From: Methanobacteriota archaeon
GTDB lineage: Archaea > Thermoplasmatota > E2 > DHVEG-1
Length of the DNA stretch: 64,000 nt
Reading direction: 5' to 3'
Assembly: GCA_963769885.1 (NCBI GenBank)
Contig: CAVYNH010000001.1
Span: 4,071 to 68,070, forward strand
In this document: positions 1 to 9,905 of the stretch, in pieces
How the letters are laid out: the number at the start of each line of letters is the position of its first letter
How positions within the stretch are numbered: position 1 is the first letter of the stretch
Position numbers and translations under genes: made by a program
Notes under the pieces: generated by a model
The model's input: only the letters and a program-made list of their open reading frames with translations
The model's database searches: none
What the model was told of the DNA's origin: nothing

Positions 1-107
1 AATACAATATTTTTACCATTGTCGGAGGATTGATGTTAAATGCAAACCAACTCGATGAACTAATATTACATTTAAAAAATATTAAAAAAGAGGTCGATAG
101 CATATGA
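1..107 (+). CDS. small hypothetical protein, 3' fragment cut by the window edge
   Basis: The translation (..NIFTIVGGLMLNANQLDELILHLKNIKKEVDSI) equals the C-terminus of the 91-aa ORF 11202..11477 on the other palindrome arm. The stop TGA at 105-107 overlaps the next ATG (ATGA). Confidence 0.5.
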   Translation, partial: YNIFTIVGGLMLNANQLDELILHLKNIKKEVDSI

Positions 108-1405
108 AAGAAAAAGTAAAAAGATCAACCCAAGTGATGATCTATCCTGAAAAGAAAGTAAACAACGCAAGAATTACAACGATCAATTTAAACAATAAAA
201 CAATCAAAACACCCTGTTATATCCCTAAGATAAGAACATCAAAAGAACTTGACATAATTATTGATGAAAAGAAAATAAATGACTATTTCCAAGGAATATT
301 TTTTGATATATTAAATGTATCATCATTGAACAGAGAGAAAACAATATTCAATCCTAAACAAACACGTTTAATCCCAATGATTTCCTATGATTTTAAAACC
401 TTAAAAGGCATCCTCCCTGTTTTCATTGATCCAAACACGGAATATCTTTATCTAAACAACAAGCAAAAAAGAACGCAATATAAAAATCTCCCGTCACTCC
501 CACAAAAAATTTCTGATTTTTTAACCAAATCAACATATGCGAATTATACTAAGATGTGGCAACAACTGTATAACTCAGGAGATACTACTACAGTCATCAA
601 CTGGAATGTAAGAGAACAAAATAAATATCAACCTGATGCGATAGTACCATTCGTACCATTTATCGAGGGTGAAAACTCCCCTCTAATAGATATAGCAATT
701 GATGTAAATAAAAAATCCGCTTTCACTATAGCGGATACCTTTGGTCTTGAACCATCTTTCTATTTTAACCTCAATTATTCAGCATTACGGAATTTAGATC
801 AACTTAAAAAAATCACAGATTTCTTAATGGACGTAGACGGAGAATATGAGAACGTAAAAATCATTTTCATCAAAATAAAATACTTCCCTCTGAATGATAC
901 CGATGTAAGAAGAAACCTCGGAACATTTGCCAAGTCTATTCAGGAAGCGGCTGAATTTAACAATAAATTTACTTTCTTGATAGATGCGGATGCATATGCC
1001 ATACCATGTATATCCACTGGATTTGACGGTTTCATCGAACCATTAAATGGTTACATTAATGATTATGGCGGTAGCGGTAAATCTTCAAAATTCAGATCAT
1101 ATTATGACAGAAAACGAATGGAATTGGTAAAAGCAAATAAGATTAAAAATAAACCGTTAAAATGCGGTTGCCCCCGATGTTCAAAGATTAATGAAGTATA
1201 TGGTGGCGCATTTTTTAACAAGATAGACCCGCATCTATGGAGTGCATGGAGTAAGGAACATTTGTTCTACAGTAGATGCCAAGAAGTAAAAGAAGTCAGG
1301 GACGCAATAAATGACAACGGCATAGCCAGGATACAGGATAAATTCATCAACTCCTCCAAAAAAGATTTCATTGAAATTCTTGGTTACTACACTGATGGAG
1401 ATTAA
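104..1405 (+). CDS. tRNA-guanine transglycosylase (TGT) superfamily protein, DpdA-like
   Basis: 433-aa ORF. The C-terminal CxCxxC (KCGCPRC) is followed about 27 aa later by EHLFYSRCQEVKEVRDAI. This matches the TGT zinc site (CxCxxC...H) and the helix after it. GFDGFIEP resembles the G-x-D-x-FD catalytic strand. A DNA-modifying (DpdA-like) role is inferred from the mobile-element context only. Confidence 0.7.
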   Translation: MKEKVKRSTQVMIYPEKKVNNARITTINLNNKTIKTPCYIPKIRTSKELDIIIDEKKINDYFQGIFFDILNVSSLNREKTIFNPKQTRLIPMISYDFKTLKGILPVFIDPNTEYLYLNNKQKRTQYKNLPSLPQKISDFLTKSTYANYTKMWQQLYNSGDTTTVINWNVREQNKYQPDAIVPFVPFIEGENSPLIDIAIDVNKKSAFTIADTFGLEPSFYFNLNYSALRNLDQLKKITDFLMDVDGEYENVKIIFIKIKYFPLNDTDVRRNLGTFAKSIQEAAEFNNKFTFLIDADAYAIPCISTGFDGFIEPLNGYINDYGGSGKSSKFRSYYDRKRMELVKANKIKNKPLKCGCPRCSKINEVYGGAFFNKIDPHLWSAWSKEHLFYSRCQEVKEVRDAINDNGIARIQDKFINSSKKDFIEILGYYTDGD

Positions 1406-1602
1406 AACAGATTAAATTTTTTACCATCCCTATCGAAAAAACTACATAAGTTTTTTGGCGAAACATATGAGCTTAATGATAGGGATGGCAAGAACATCAA
1501 TGTCATTTGTTTTTAAAATAGTTTGCAAACCTAAAATACACAAAATATTTAAAAAATAAAAAATTACATACATTCAGAAGAATAGAGATAGAGGACATAT
1601 TT

Positions 1603-2112
1603 ATGTGTGAAAAAGAAATAAGACAATACAATTCAATTATTTCAATTTGGGAAAGATGGGATAAAGGATATTGGGACTCATTTCATTTTTATATTATTGT
1701 CATATCCTTATTATTCGCAGGCTATTCTCAAATAATAAATAAAATAAATATTGCAGCAGTAATAGTTTGTTTTACTGGTTTTATAATAAGTATTTTCTGG
1801 TTCTTTATTTTGCATAGAAAATATGCCCATATTCTTATAGCAGAAAATGAAGGAAGAAAATTAGAGACTAAAATATTCACAGATTGTAATGGTTGTTTTA
1901 CTTCAAATAAAAATTTTAAGAAAGGAACATATAACGAAATTGATGAAGCTTTAGGTTGTAGAAAATTCTTAACAAAAATAAGTTCTGGTTTAATTGTATC
2001 ATTTTTTGTACCATTAACATTTACCATAATCTGGTTAACATTAATGATTATAACAACAGTTCATTGGATAATTAAGGATGTCTGTCCTTTCATCATATCA
2101 GTTATAACATAA
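1603..2112 (+). CDS. small polytopic membrane protein (hypothetical)
   Basis: 169-aa ORF with about four hydrophobic segments. An identical copy lies at 9199..9708 (-). Confidence 0.6.
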   Translation: MCEKEIRQYNSIISIWERWDKGYWDSFHFYIIVISLLFAGYSQIINKINIAAVIVCFTGFIISIFWFFILHRKYAHILIAENEGRKLETKIFTDCNGCFTSNKNFKKGTYNEIDEALGCRKFLTKISSGLIVSFFVPLTFTIIWLTLMIITTVHWIIKDVCPFIISVIT

Positions 2113-2116
2113 CCAT

Positions 2117-2216
2117 CTAAATTTCCCACTACTGATTTCCCACTACAGTATTACACAGAACCCTGAACAGGGTTCTGTGTAACCGTGGTTTGGGCAGTTT
2201 AGACTGGGAAATCTAG
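2117..2216. repeat. two abutted, inverted transposon ends separated by 8 bp
   Basis: The sequence ..TTACACAGAACC (ends at 2162), CTGAACAG (2163-2170), GGTTCTGTGTAA.. (starts at 2171) is a perfect 15-bp-arm palindrome at 2151..2182. The arms extend imperfectly to about 46 bp and contain TTTCCCACTAC sub-repeats. Confidence 0.75.
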
Positions 2217-2305
2217 GTTGGTTTCTCCGAGAGTCGCTGATAAAAGGAAAATGATAAAACAAACAAGATGATGTAGATTTGCTTTCAAATTTAAAGGAGG
2301 TAAAT

Positions 2306-2587
2306 ATGGGTGTTGAAGCTTATAAAGAATGCAGAGGCTTGGTAGAATCCTATGTTTGTAATAGAGGAACGACTATACAACGTGCTATAAAAAACATAAA
2401 CACAAGACTGAAAAAAGCAAAATTAACCGATCAAGATATTGAAAAAATTCTTGCGGAAGTCAATAAAAATAATGTATCTGATTTTGAAAATTCAACTGCT
2501 TTCCCCAATCTTTTTCAAGAAAGAAAACAAAGATTTGAACTCATAGAGAAAGAACTACAACAATTATTGAATATACATCTAGCTTAG
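2306..2587 (+). CDS. hypothetical protein
   Basis: ATG at 2306 follows AGGAGG (2295-2300). The longer ORF-track start at 2279 lacks an RBS. No recognisable domain. Confidence 0.5.
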   Translation: MGVEAYKECRGLVESYVCNRGTTIQRAIKNINTRLKKAKLTDQDIEKILAEVNKNNVSDFENSTAFPNLFQERKQRFELIEKELQQLLNIHLA

Positions 2588-2633
2588 TTTTAGGTCCTAC
2601 CGGAATTGAAGAATACTATTTCCCAAAGTATAA

Positions 2634-2786
2634 GGGCCTGGTTCATAATTCGTTTCTCCTGTTGAACAAATCGTAAAGAATCTTGTGAGCTGCTGCTTTC
2701 CTGCTTCTTTTCTTCCAAATCACGCGCACTCTAGAATCAACAGTCTTTTAGACAATTTCTCCTGTTGGGAATTATGAACCAAGCCC
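2634..2786. mobile_element. 153-bp MITE (copy A)
   Basis: Ends are GGGCCTGGTTCATAATTCGTTTCTCCTGTTG and ..TTTCTCCTGTTGGGAATTATGAACCAAGCCC, giving 16-bp terminal inverted repeats GGC(C/T)TGGTTCATAATTC. It is flanked by the 9-bp direct repeat AAAGTATAA (2625-2633 and 2787-2795). A second family member lies at 62328..62480. Confidence 0.75.
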
Positions 2787-2948
2787 AAAGTATAAACGAA
2801 AGGATGGGAATTTTAGTTTTACAAATCCTTTTAACAAGCCGATGGATAAACAGTATTGGTTTCCCCGTATTGCGTCGTTCACCAAACTACGCTCAGTAGA
2901 AGACTTCTGATAAGTCAGGCTTTCTACCAGGGGAGACGGGAAAAAAAT

Positions 2949-3272
2949 ATGGTCGAAGAAACAACAGAGAAGAGAACAGCTGAAAAAGGAAGAACCGATG
3001 AAAACGTGATATATGTTGGAAAGAAACCCCCAATGAGCTATGTGCTTGCAATAGTAACACAGTTCAATAGTGGATCAGATGAAGTAATAATAAAAGCTAG
3101 AGGCAGAACGATTAGCACAGCAGTCGATGCTGCAGAAATAACCAGGAACCGGTTTGTCACAGACGTGAAAGTCAAAGACATAAAAATTAGTACTGAAAGT
3201 ATCACCAATGAGGAAGGGAGAACCTCGAATGTATCTTCAATGGAAATCTGCTTAACGAAAAAGAAAAAATAA
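2949..3272 (+). CDS. albA: chromatin protein Alba
   Basis: The sequence ..[50 protein letters not shown].. is typical Alba. The internal ATG at 2949 was chosen because the upstream part of the ORF looks non-coding. Confidence 0.85.
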   Translation: MVEETTEKRTAEKGRTDENVIYVGKKPPMSYVLAIVTQFNSGSDEVIIKARGRTISTAVDAAEITRNRFVTDVKVKDIKISTESITNEEGRTSNVSSMEICLTKKKK

Positions 3273-3317
3273 AGAAGTAATTGAAAAATAAGAGAAGAAA
3301 AAAAAGAGGGATATGGA

Positions 3318-5639
3318 CTAATATTGTAGTCCTAATCTTTGGATTATTTTTTGTAGGATTGGGAACAGATTAGGATGATTCTCTACGAACCTTAGGAATG
3401 GTACGTGAGTATATGCTTTGTTTGTAGGCATAGTCACTGACAATGTCGACTCTGGACCTATTAAACCATTAACATCCTCAGCTCTTGCTTTGATAAAATA
3501 AGTCCCTCGACTACTCCAAGTGTGTGATACCGTTACATCTGTACCAGATGGACTAAAAGCAGTCGTATCAGAGGTATTATCACCCCACTCAATGATGTAA
3601 CGAACTTGATCTCCATCTGGATCTACTGCGTTGAATATATAGTTATACCCTATTCCTACTATTCCACTTGTTGGACCATTTATTGTTGGTGCATTTGGAG
3701 GATTTCCACCGCCACCGGTGAACTTTGCCACAAAAGCATCTCCACCGCCGTTGTAGATTCTGTCGTAGGCTCCTAGTGTCGTCGGAAAATCAGAAGAATA
3801 GGTTGCACCGGTGATGGAGGCTTCCCCATCATCAATCGCAATATCATGGCCATAATCATAATAGGTTCCGCCGAGGTAGGTACTGTAGATAAGGATGTTA
3901 CCACCAGGGGAAAGCTTCGACACAAAAACATCTCCACCGCCGTTGTAGGTGGTGTCGTAGGCTCCTAGTGTCGTCGGGAAATTAGAAGAATTGGTGCCAC
4001 CGGTGATGTAGGCGTTCCCACCAGCAACCGCAATACAATAGCCCCGATCAATATCAGTTCCGCCGAGGTATGTACTATAGTTAAGGGAGTTACCAGTACT
4101 GAGTAACTTTGTCACAAAAGCATCTCCACCGCCGTTGTAGGTGGTGTCGTAGGCTCCTAGTGTCGTCGGGAAATTAGAAGAATAGGTGTAACCGGTGATA
4201 TAGGCGTTCCCATCAGCAACTGCAATACCAAGGCCCTCATCATTAAGGGTTCCGCCGAGGTAGGTACTGTAGATAAGGGAGCTGCCAGTACGGGGAAACT
4301 TTGTCACAAAAACATCATACCCGCCGTTGTAGGTGGGGTCGTAGGCTCCTAGTGTCGGGAAATTAGAAGAATTGGTGCCACCGGTGATGTAGGCGTTCCC
4401 ATCAGCAACTGCAATACCATAGCCATAATCATAACCTATTCCGCCGAGGTATGTACTGTAGGCAAGGGCGTTGCCAGCAGGGCGAAACTGTGTCACAAAA
4501 GCATCACTATAACCGTTGTAGGTGGTGTCGTAGGCGCCGGGTGTTATCGGAAAATCAAAATCAGAAGAATAGGTTGCACCGGTGATGGAGGCGTTCCCAC
4601 CAGCAACTGCAATACCATAGCCATAATCAGAACTGGTTCCGCCGAGATAGGTACGATAGATAAGAATGCTACCATAAGGGGAAAGCTTAGTCACAAAAAC
4701 ATCACAATAACCGTTGTAGGTGGTGTCGTAGGCTCCTAGTGTCGTCGGAAAATCAGAAGACCAGGTGCCACCGGTGATGTAGGCGTTCCCATCATCAACC
4801 GCAATATCATGGCCCCGTTCATTATTGGTTCCGCCGAGGTAGGTACTGTAGATAAGGGCGTTACCAGCAAGGGGAAGCTTCGACACAAAAACATCATACT
4901 GGCCGTTGTAGGTTCTGTCGTAGGCTTGTGGTGTCGTCGGAAAATCAGGAGAATTGGTGTAACCGGTGATGTAGGCGTTCCCATCATCAACCGCAATACC
5001 AAGGCCCTCATCATAATAGGTTCCGCCGAGGTAGGTACTATACGCCAGCGTAGGGTCGATAACAAGTGGATACAACGGATTGTATTCATCCTCGATAGCA
5101 AAACCGAAACTATTTGGCTGTCTGGGTTCGTATCTTCCTATAATCCCTTGTTTTATGCCGTTGATTTCTTGGTATATCACCGGTGATTTCTCGGAAAATA
5201 GACCAAACCGGGTCTCTATCGCAAGGTCACCATCTGATGTTACCCTCATGTTATCAACACCATCATATCGAATAAGAATCGTATCTGGGTCTCCACCAGA
5301 ATAGACAATGAAATCGTATTTCAACGTGTTCTCAATGAAATGGTACTGTAAATCAATTCCAGGGTAGATACCCTTGTACACAACCTCTTGGTAATTCGGA
5401 ACATCGGTATACCACTTCTCAGGGTTATTTCCAATGAAATAGTTGTTATTGTTAGGAAGTCGACGCTCACCGGTAACGACTGCACTGGGGTTTGCGCCAA
5501 CAAACTCCGCGACCGTAGAAATCATCTCCATCTGTTGCGGTTCTCTTACTTGTATTCGTTCCATCGGGTTTTTGTTATCCTTCAAATCGGCACTCTTAGA
5601 ATCGTTTAATTCCCGGAAGAAGTACCGTTTCAGACGCAT
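3318..5639 (-). CDS. SBBP-type beta-propeller repeat protein with C-terminal PKD-like module (5'-truncated)
   Basis: About nine tandem units of YSTYLGG..D.G.GIAVD.GNAYITG.T.S.DFPTT.GAYD..YNG..DVFV.KL are followed by DPDGDQVRYIIEWGD...HTW..G.Y. There is no signal peptide. The first 8 codons lie in the unique palindrome spacer, so the 5' end appears to be lost. Confidence 0.8.
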   Translation of the reverse strand: MRLKRYFFRELNDSKSADLKDNKNPMERIQVREPQQMEMISTVAEFVGANPSAVVTGERRLPNNNNYFIGNNPEKWYTDVPNYQEVVYKGIYPGIDLQYHFIENTLKYDFIVYSGGDPDTILIRYDGVDNMRVTSDGDLAIETRFGLFSEKSPVIYQEINGIKQGIIGRYEPRQPNSFGFAIEDEYNPLYPLVIDPTLAYSTYLGGTYYDEGLGIAVDDGNAYITGYTNSPDFPTTPQAYDRTYNGQYDVFVSKLPLAGNALIYSTYLGGTNNERGHDIAVDDGNAYITGGTWSSDFPTTLGAYDTTYNGYCDVFVTKLSPYGSILIYRTYLGGTSSDYGYGIAVAGGNASITGATYSSDFDFPITPGAYDTTYNGYSDAFVTQFRPAGNALAYSTYLGGIGYDYGYGIAVADGNAYITGGTNSSNFPTLGAYDPTYNGGYDVFVTKFPRTGSSLIYSTYLGGTLNDEGLGIAVADGNAYITGYTYSSNFPTTLGAYDTTYNGGGDAFVTKLLSTGNSLNYSTYLGGTDIDRGYCIAVAGGNAYITGGTNSSNFPTTLGAYDTTYNGGGDVFVSKLSPGGNILIYSTYLGGTYYDYGHDIAIDDGEASITGATYSSDFPTTLGAYDRIYNGGGDAFVAKFTGGGGNPPNAPTINGPTSGIVGIGYNYIFNAVDPDGDQVRYIIEWGDNTSDTTAFSPSGTDVTVSHTWSSRGTYFIKARAEDVNGLIGPESTLSVTMPTNKAYTHVPFLRFVENHPNLFPILQKIIQRLGLQY

Positions 5640-5684
5640 GCCCCCGGGGCAACCGTCTATCTCTGCAAGAACAAAATCGTCTCA

Positions 5685-7993
5685 GTGTTCACCAGAGAAT
5701 TAAACGATTCTAAGAGTGCCGATTTGAAGGATAACAAAAACCCGATGGAACGAATACAAGTAAGAGAACCGCAACAGATGGAGATGATTTCTACGGTCGC
5801 GGAGTTTGTTGGCGCAAACCCCAGTGCAGTCGTTACCGGTGAGCGTCGACTTCCTAACAATAACAACTATTTCATTGGAAATAACCCTGAGAAGTGGTAT
5901 ACCGATGTTCCGAATTACCAAGAGGTTGTGTACAAGGGTATCTACCCTGGAATTGATTTACAGTACCATTTCATTGAGAACACGTTGAAATACGATTTCA
6001 TTGTCTATTCTGGTGGAGACCCAGATACGATTCTTATTCGATATGATGGTGTTGATAACATGAGGGTAACATCAGATGGTGACCTTGCGATAGAGACCCG
6101 GTTTGGTCTATTTTCCGAGAAATCACCGGTGATATACCAAGAAATCAACGGCATAAAACAAGGGATTATAGGAAGATACGAACCCAGACAGCCAAATAGT
6201 TTCGGTTTTGCTATCGAGGATGAATACAATCCGTTGTATCCACTTGTTATCGACCCTACGCTGGCGTATAGTACCTACCTCGGCGGAACCTATTATGATG
6301 AGGGCCTTGGTATTGCGGTTGATGATGGGAACGCCTACATCACCGGTTACACCAATTCTCCTGATTTTCCGACGACACCACAAGCCTACGACAGAACCTA
6401 CAACGGCCAGTATGATGTTTTTGTGTCGAAGCTTCCCCTTGCTGGTAACGCCCTTATCTACAGTACCTACCTCGGCGGAACCAATAATGAACGGGGCCAT
6501 GATATTGCGGTTGATGATGGGAACGCCTACATCACCGGTGGCACCTGGTCTTCTGATTTTCCGACGACACTAGGAGCCTACGACACCACCTACAACGGTT
6601 ATTGTGATGTTTTTGTGACTAAGCTTTCCCCTTATGGTAGCATTCTTATCTATAGTACCTATCTCGGCGGAACCAGTTCTGATTATGGCTATGGTATTGC
6701 AGTTGCTGGTGGGAACGCCTCCATCACCGGTGCAACCTATTCTTCTGATTTTGATTTTCCGATAACACCCGGCGCCTACGACACCACCTACAACGGTTAT
6801 AGTGATGCTTTTGTGACACAGTTTCGCCCTGCTGGCAACGCCCTTGCCTACAGTACATACCTCGGCGGAATAGGTTATGATTATGGCTATGGTATTGCAG
6901 TTGCTGATGGGAACGCCTACATCACCGGTGGCACCAATTCTTCTAATTTCCCGACACTAGGAGCCTACAACCCCACCTACAACGGCGGGTATGATGTTTT
7001 TGTGACAAAGTTTCCCCGGTACTGGCAGCTCCCTTATCTACAGTACCTACCTCGGCGGAACCCTTAATGATGAGGGCCTTGGTATTGCAGTTGCTGATGG
7101 GAACGCCTATATCACCGGTTACACCTATTCTTCTAATTTCCCGACGACACTAGGAGCCTACGACACCACCTACAACGGCGGTGGAGATGCTTTTGTGACA
7201 AAGTTACTCAGGACCTGGTAACTCCCTTAACTATAGTACATACCTCGGCGGAACTGATATTGATCGGGGCTATTGTATTGCGGTTGCTGGTGGGAACGCC
7301 TACATCACCGGTGGCACCAATTCTTCTAATTTCCCGACGACACTAGGAGCCTACGACACCACCTACAACGGCGGTGGAGATGTTTTTGTGTCGAAGCTTT
7401 CCCCTGGTGGTAACATCCTTATCTACAGTACCTACCTCGGCGGAACCTATTATGATTATGGCCATGATATTGCGATTGATGATGGGGAAGCCTCCATCAC
7501 CGGTGCAACCTATTCTTCTGATTTTCCGACGACACTAGGAGCCTACGACAGAATCTACAACGGCGGTGGAGATGCTTTTGTGGCAAAGTTCACCGGTGGC
7601 GGTGGAAATCCTCCAAATGCACCAACAATAAATGGTCCAACAAGTGGAATAGTAGGAATAGGGTATAACTATATATTCAACGCAGTAGATCCAGATGGAG
7701 ATCAAGTTCGTTACATCATTGAGTGGGGTGATAATACCTCTGATACGACTGCTTTTAGTCCATCTGGTACAGATGTAACGGTATCACACACTTGGAGTAG
7801 TCGAGGGACTTATTTTATCAAAGCAAGAGCTGAGGATGTTAATGGTTTAATAGGTCCAGAGTCGACATTGTCAGTGACTATGCCTACAAACAAAGCATAT
7901 ACTCACTTACCATTCCTAAGGTTCGTAGAGAATCATCCTAATCTGTTCCCAATCCTACAAAAAATAATCCAAAGATTAGGACTACAATATTAG
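5685..7993 (+). pseudogene. frameshifted copy of the SBBP repeat protein
   Basis: It is split into ORFs 5685..7067 and 7388..7993 plus an unlisted middle piece. The cause is +1 indels at about 7019 and 7213 relative to 3318..5639. Confidence 0.75.
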
Positions 7994-8038
7994 TCCATAT
8001 CCCTCTTTTTTTTCTTCTCTTATTTTTCAATTACTTCT

Positions 8039-8362
8039 TTATTTTTTCTTTTTCGTTAAGCAGATTTCCATTGAAGATACATTCGAGGTTCTCCCTTCCT
8101 CATTGGTGATACTTTCAGTACTAATTTTTATGTCTTTGACTTTCACGTCTGTGACAAACCGGTTCCTGGTTATTTCTGCAGCATCGACTGCTGTGCTAAT
8201 CGTTCTGCCTCTAGCTTTTATTATTACTTCATCTGATCCACTATTGAACTGTGTTACTATTGCAAGCACATAGCTCATTGGGGGTTTCTTTCCAACATAT
8301 ATCACGTTTTCATCGGTTCTTCCTTTTTCAGCTGTTCTCTTCTCTGTTGTTTCTTCGACCAT
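8039..8362 (-). CDS. albA: chromatin protein Alba (duplicate copy)
   Basis: Identical translation to 2949..3272. Confidence 0.8.
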   Translation of the reverse strand: MVEETTEKRTAEKGRTDENVIYVGKKPPMSYVLAIVTQFNSGSDEVIIKARGRTISTAVDAAEITRNRFVTDVKVKDIKISTESITNEEGRTSNVSSMEICLTKKKK

Positions 8363-8524
8363 ATTTTTTTCCCGTCTCCCCTGGTAGAAAGCCTGACTTA
8401 TCAGAAGTCTTCTACTGAGCGTAGTTTGGTGAACGACGCAATACGGGGAAACCAATACTGTTTATCCATCGGCTTGTTAAAAGGATTTGTAAAACTAAAA
8501 TTCCCATCCTTTCGTTTATACTTT

Positions 8525-8677
8525 GGGCTTGGTTCATAATTCCCAACAGGAGAAATTGTCTAAAAGACTGTTGATTCTAGAGTGCGCGTGATTTGGAAGA
8601 AAAGAAGCAGGAAAGCAGCAGCTCACAAGATTCTTTACGATTTGTTCAACAGGAGAAACGAATTATGAACCAGGCCC
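8525..8677. mobile_element. 153-bp MITE (mirror copy of copy A)
   Basis: Reverse complement of 2634..2786 within the palindrome. Confidence 0.7.
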
Positions 8678-8723
8678 TTATACTTTGGGAAATAGTATTC
8701 TTCAATTCCGGTAGGACCTAAAA

Positions 8724-9005
8724 CTAAGCTAGATGTATATTCAATAATTGTTGTAGTTCTTTCTCTATGAGTTCAAATCTTTGTTTTCTTTCTTGAAAAA
8801 GATTGGGGAAAGCAGTTGAATTTTCAAAATCAGATACATTATTTTTATTGACTTCCGCAAGAATTTTTTCAATATCTTGATCGGTTAATTTTGCTTTTTT
8901 CAGTCTTGTGTTTATGTTTTTTATAGCACGTTGTATAGTCGTTCCTCTATTACAAACATAGGATTCTACCAAGCCTCTGCATTCTTTATAAGCTTCAACA
9001 CCCAT
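8724..9005 (-). CDS. hypothetical protein (duplicate of 2306..2587)
   Basis: Identical translation on the other arm. Confidence 0.5.
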   Translation of the reverse strand: MGVEAYKECRGLVESYVCNRGTTIQRAIKNINTRLKKAKLTDQDIEKILAEVNKNNVSDFENSTAFPNLFQERKQRFELIEKELQQLLNIHLA

Positions 9006-9198
9006 ATTTACCTCCTTTAAATTTGAAAGCAAATCTACATCATCTTGTTTGTTTTATCATTTTCCTTTTATCAGCGACTCTCGGAGAAACCAACCTAGAT
9101 TTCCCAGTCTAAACTGCCCAAACCACGGTTACACAGAACCCTGTTCAGGGTTCTGTGTAATACTGTAGTGGGAAATCAGTAGTGGGAAATTTAGATGG

Positions 9199-9708
9199 TT
9201 ATGTTATAACTGATATGATGAAAGGACAGACATCCTTAATTATCCAATGAACTGTTGTTATAATCATTAATGTTAACCAGATTATGGTAAATGTTAATGG
9301 TACAAAAAATGATACAATTAAACCAGAACTTATTTTTGTTAAGAATTTTCTACAACCTAAAGCTTCATCAATTTCGTTATATGTTCCTTTCTTAAAATTT
9401 TTATTTGAAGTAAAACAACCATTACAATCTGTGAATATTTTAGTCTCTAATTTTCTTCCTTCATTTTCTGCTATAAGAATATGGGCATATTTTCTATGCA
9501 AAATAAAGAACCAGAAAATACTTATTATAAAACCAGTAAAACAAACTATTACTGCTGCAATATTTATTTTATTTATTATTTGAGAATAGCCTGCGAATAA
9601 TAAGGATATGACAATAATATAAAAATGAAATGAGTCCCAATATCCTTTATCCCATCTTTCCCAAATTGAAATAATTGAATTGTATTGTCTTATTTCTTTT
9701 TCACACAT
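9199..9708 (-). CDS. small polytopic membrane protein (duplicate of 1603..2112)
   Basis: Identical translation on the other arm. It lies inside the TIR-bounded element 9149..14542. Confidence 0.6.
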   Translation of the reverse strand: MCEKEIRQYNSIISIWERWDKGYWDSFHFYIIVISLLFAGYSQIINKINIAAVIVCFTGFIISIFWFFILHRKYAHILIAENEGRKLETKIFTDCNGCFTSNKNFKKGTYNEIDEALGCRKFLTKISSGLIVSFFVPLTFTIIWLTLMIITTVHWIIKDVCPFIISVIT

Positions 9709-9905
9709 AAATATGTCCTCTATCTCTATTCTTCTGAATGTATGTAATTTTTTATTTTTTAAATATTTTGTGTATTTTAGGTTTGCAAACTATTTTAAAA
9801 ACAAATGACATTGATGTTCTTGCCATCCCTATCATTAAGCTCATATGTTTCGCCAAAAAACTTATGTAGTTTTTTCGATAGGGATGGTAAAAAATTTAAT
9901 CTGTT

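Larger units (their letters stand above)
1..5612. repeat. left arm of large inverted duplication (continues beyond window start)
   Basis: It is the reverse complement of 5697..11308. The ORF track gives identical proteins on both arms. All ORFs are intact in this arm. Confidence 0.95.

Noticed and set aside
5613-5696. The palindrome spacer as a hairpin telomere loop of a linear element
   Set aside because: The 84-nt spacer is not self-complementary and it interrupts a coding sequence. That fits a rearrangement or chimeric junction better than a telomere. It cannot be fully excluded without reads.
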